Origin: Chitinophagaceae bacterium UBA1930
Lineage (GTDB): Bacteria > Bacteroidota > Bacteroidia > Chitinophagales > Chitinophagaceae
Assembly (NCBI GenBank): GCA_002337145.1
Contig: DDFK01000003.1
Span: forward strand, 1-64,000
DNA length: 64,000 bases
Direction of reading: 5' to 3'
Position 1 is the stretch's first letter; each line of letters begins with the position of its first letter. The notes below the pieces were generated by a model that was not told the origin of the DNA, did no database searches, and was given only the letters and a program-made list of their open reading frames with translations. Shown one piece after another: positions 61,318 through 64,000 of this stretch. Made by a program: the position numbers and the translations under genes.

Positions 61318-62877
61318 ATGAAGAATATTCTCTATTTGCTTTTGCTAATAGCCTCTGTTGCAAAGGCCCAACAGGCCGATGTATTGATTAAGAACGGAAA
61401 GATAATAGACGGCACTGGCAACAATTGGTTCTATGGTGATATTGCCATAAAGGAAGGAAAGATAATTAAGGTTGGGAGATTGGGCAATTGGACAGCCACG
61501 AAAACCATTGATGCTTCGGGGCTGGTTGTTGCACCGGGCTTTATAGATGTGCACACCCATTTGGAAGACGATGAAAAACGGAACCCGCTGGCCACCAATT
61601 TTATCCTGGATGGCGTTACCACTTGCATTACGGGCAACTGTGGCTCGTCTAACACCAACATCAAAAAATATTTTTCGTTTATTGACAGCCTGCACCTTTC
61701 CATTAACGTGGCAACATTGGTGGGGCATAACGATGTACGCAAAGCTGTTATGGGACGTGCCATGCGTGACCCGAACGAAGCCGAAATGCAACGCATGGAA
61801 GCCATTGTGGAGCAGGCAATGAAAGACGGTGCGGTGGGCCTTTCAACAGGTTTGATCTATATACCCGGTACCTACTCCAAAACAGCAGAGATTGTACGGC
61901 TGGCAAAAGTGGCTGCCAAATACAATGGTGTGTATGCAAGCCATATGCGTGACGAGGGCGACAGTGTAACCTATGCCATTGAAGAAGCTTTGCAAATTGG
62001 CCGCGAAGCGAAGCTACCTGTGGAGATTTCGCATTTTAAACTGAGTGGCCAACAGAACTGGGGTCGAAGCAAGGAAACATTGCCCATGATTGTTAAGGCA
62101 AGGGAAGAAGGCCTGGATGTAACGATTGACCAGTACCCCTACACTGCAAGCTCAACATCCATCAGTACCTTATTGCCCGATTGGGTATTGGCTGACGGAC
62201 AGGACAGCATTAAGGCAAGGCTTGCCAAACCAGCATTAAGGGCCGATATAAAAAAGGCAATGCTGCAAAGGCTGAAGCACAGGAAACTAAAGCACTGGAG
62301 CTATGCAGTAGTGGCCAGCTATGGCTTTGACAGTACTTTGAATGGTAAGAGCATTGAAGAAATAAATACGATTAAAGGAAGGAAGCACAAGGCAAGATTT
62401 GAAGCCGAAACCATTTTGGAAATAATGGAACATGGTGGTGCAAGTGCCGTTTTTCATGGCATGAGCGAGGATGATGTAAAGTATATTATGCAATACCCTT
62501 TTAACATGTTTGCCTGCGATGCCACCATACGTGTGTTTGGTGCCGGCGTTCCGCATCCCCGCGGCTACGGAACCAACGCAAGGGTACTGGGCAAATATGT
62601 ACGCGAAGAAAAAGTGCTTTCGCTGGAAGAAGCAATCAGGCGTATGACCAGCCTGCCTGCACAGAAATTCCAGTTGACAAACCGTGGCTTATTAAGGGAA
62701 GGCTTTGCTGCAGATATTGTTGTGTTTGATGAAAAAGAAGTAAAGGATATGTCCACGTTTGAACAGCCACACCAATACAGCACCGGTTTTAAATTTGTTT
62801 TGGTGAATGGCCAGTTAACGGTGGAAGATGGCAGGCATACCGGAACCCGTGCGGGACAATCGTTACGTAAAATATGA
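61318..62877 (+). CDS. N-acyl-D-amino-acid deacylase (D-aminoacylase) family amidohydrolase
   Basis: Signal peptide. GFIDVHTH metal-binding motif. Length and a C-terminal domain typical of D-aminoacylases. Confidence 0.75.
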   Translation: MKNILYLLLLIASVAKAQQADVLIKNGKIIDGTGNNWFYGDIAIKEGKIIKVGRLGNWTATKTIDASGLVVAPGFIDVHTHLEDDEKRNPLATNFILDGVTTCITGNCGSSNTNIKKYFSFIDSLHLSINVATLVGHNDVRKAVMGRAMRDPNEAEMQRMEAIVEQAMKDGAVGLSTGLIYIPGTYSKTAEIVRLAKVAAKYNGVYASHMRDEGDSVTYAIEEALQIGREAKLPVEISHFKLSGQQNWGRSKETLPMIVKAREEGLDVTIDQYPYTASSTSISTLLPDWVLADGQDSIKARLAKPALRADIKKAMLQRLKHRKLKHWSYAVVASYGFDSTLNGKSIEEINTIKGRKHKARFEAETILEIMEHGGASAVFHGMSEDDVKYIMQYPFNMFACDATIRVFGAGVPHPRGYGTNARVLGKYVREEKVLSLEEAIRRMTSLPAQKFQLTNRGLLREGFAADIVVFDEKEVKDMSTFEQPHQYSTGFKFVLVNGQLTVEDGRHTGTRAGQSLRKI

Positions 62878-62879
62878 TG

Positions 62880-63704
62880 CTATAGCCTGATGCCCGTACC
62901 CAAGGTTACATAAAACAGCTTTTGCCCCAACTCGCCTGCCAATAAATTTTGGGGAATGACATAGGTTGGTGTAACAGAAAAATTGAACTTACCAGCAACC
63001 AATACAACAGGCATGGAAAAAGAATAGGCCAGTATATTGAATGCTTCCATATTGTCGGTAACCTGTTGCGACAAAGGCAAACCTAATAAGCTTTTCTGCG
63101 AATCCACCGTAAAATTCTGTGTGCCTGCATACATATTGGCTGTTGGGTTTACTGCTATAGCAAGAACCGGTTGTGCAGGTTTGCTAAGTAGGAAGAGGAA
63201 CAGGTGATCTAGCCCGATATTGGTTGACACATCGTTCTTGGTGCTGAATTTCAAGTCGGCCCCACCATTCACATTCACATATTTATTTAGGTACGATGCA
63301 GTTAAACTGGCCTGCCCTTTTAAGGCGGATTGTGGAAGATCCGTATTGTCTTTATAAAATATCTGTGTATAGGAAACACTGCCACTAAAATGTTTGGATT
63401 GCGGAAAGCGGTATCCCAATTGGCCTGTAGCCCCGGCATAGGTTAAGGGAAGTGCAGGGTTATGCAACAAAATAAAATTGGCCTGGGCAAATAGGCCCCA
63501 CTTAAACTCGTACCCGATATTGGGCAAAAAACCGCTGCTTTTTAAACTGTCTGTTCTGCCATAATACTCCAACCTTGTTGCATAATTGGCACCTACAGTA
63601 AAAATATTCTTTTTGTTTGTTGCCGAATCTTCCTGGGCAGCAACTTGCATGGATGCCAGTGCCAGCAACAATACATAGATAATGCTAAGGGTTGATTTTT
63701 TCAT
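62880..63704 (-). CDS. Hypothetical outer-membrane protein
   Basis: Signal peptide MKKSTLSIIYVLLLALASMQVAAQ followed by a beta-strand-like alternating pattern. Confidence 0.35.
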   Translation of the reverse strand: MKKSTLSIIYVLLLALASMQVAAQEDSATNKKNIFTVGANYATRLEYYGRTDSLKSSGFLPNIGYEFKWGLFAQANFILLHNPALPLTYAGATGQLGYRFPQSKHFSGSVSYTQIFYKDNTDLPQSALKGQASLTASYLNKYVNVNGGADLKFSTKNDVSTNIGLDHLFLFLLSKPAQPVLAIAVNPTANMYAGTQNFTVDSQKSLLGLPLSQQVTDNMEAFNILAYSFSMPVVLVAGKFNFSVTPTYVIPQNLLAGELGQKLFYVTLGTGIRL

Positions 63705-64000
63705 AAAGAACAGTTTTAGAATATCATCACCCCTTGCAATAAATAAAAGCAAGGGGTGATGATGCTTAACGGGTGTTACTAATGCTTAACTGTTGCGGCA
63801 GATGCAGTTGAACTGTTATTTATCAACTGGGCATCGATGGCTTTATTACTGCCTTGTCTTGTTTTACTTGCTTTTACTGATGTAGCAGAACTACTGTTGT
63901 GTGTAGCCGTTGCAGATGTGGCTTGACCATTTCTTTTTGTTTTCGAGATAGCTGTTGTAGCAGCATTGGCATTGCTATTGGCAACATCTAAAGAACCGTT

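Overview
This window looks like a Bacteroidetes chromosome segment, judging by Bacteroidetes-style mobilisation genes, SusC-like TonB receptors and a GC content of roughly 40-45%. It divides into four parts.

1. Positions 1-5.7 kb hold a Kdp potassium-uptake operon (kdpF-A-B-C) followed by a porin-like gene. No kdpDE genes are adjacent.

2. Positions 5.7-26.7 kb are an AT-richer accessory island. Its left end is decayed (frameshifted HTH/pentapeptide gene, chimeric fragments, short periodic repeats). The rest is a mobilisable-element backbone: a Toprim primase-like gene, a candidate oriT hairpin, a relaxosome accessory gene, a relaxase and a coupling ATPase. That backbone carries a defence cargo: an AbiEi/AbiEii pair; a type I restriction-modification S and M subunit pair interrupted by an AAA15-ATPase/HNH pair that resembles Septu (PtuA/PtuB); no R subunit; and an uncharacterised pair made of a 549-aa protein with a restriction-endonuclease-like PD-(D/E)xK C-terminal motif and a 1067-aa protein combining an Hsp90/MORC-type GHKL ATPase with a C-terminal DUF3883 nuclease-like domain. 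The island ends at a tRNA-Ser(GCU) gene and a second tRNA-like sequence. No integrase is visible.

3. Positions 26.8-32.0 kb are a co-oriented cassette I consider the most interesting part: a membrane-anchored AAA ATPase, a YkuK/DUF458 RNase-H-like protein, a ~550-bp non-coding region, an SPFH/slipin protein, an RtcB RNA ligase and a terminator. The non-coding region contains a circularly permuted tRNA-Asp-like element (T-arm and 3' acceptor strand placed upstream of the 5' acceptor strand, D-arm and GUC anticodon arm). An exact 17-mer in inverted orientation flanks the cassette, and a third copy lies elsewhere.

4. Positions 32-64 kb are core-like genes: a giant secreted TPR-CHAT protein, VanZ, pyrD, TerC, a two-component pair, outer-membrane and TolB-like proteins, an MBL hydrolase, dgkA, and a regulator-creD operon with three copies of a TTTGAA-N-TTCAAA palindrome. 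These are followed by a TonB-dependent receptor, DUF47-pitA, galE, prfA and a D-aminoacylase.

All calls rest on reading the supplied ORF translations and the sequence. No database searches were run.
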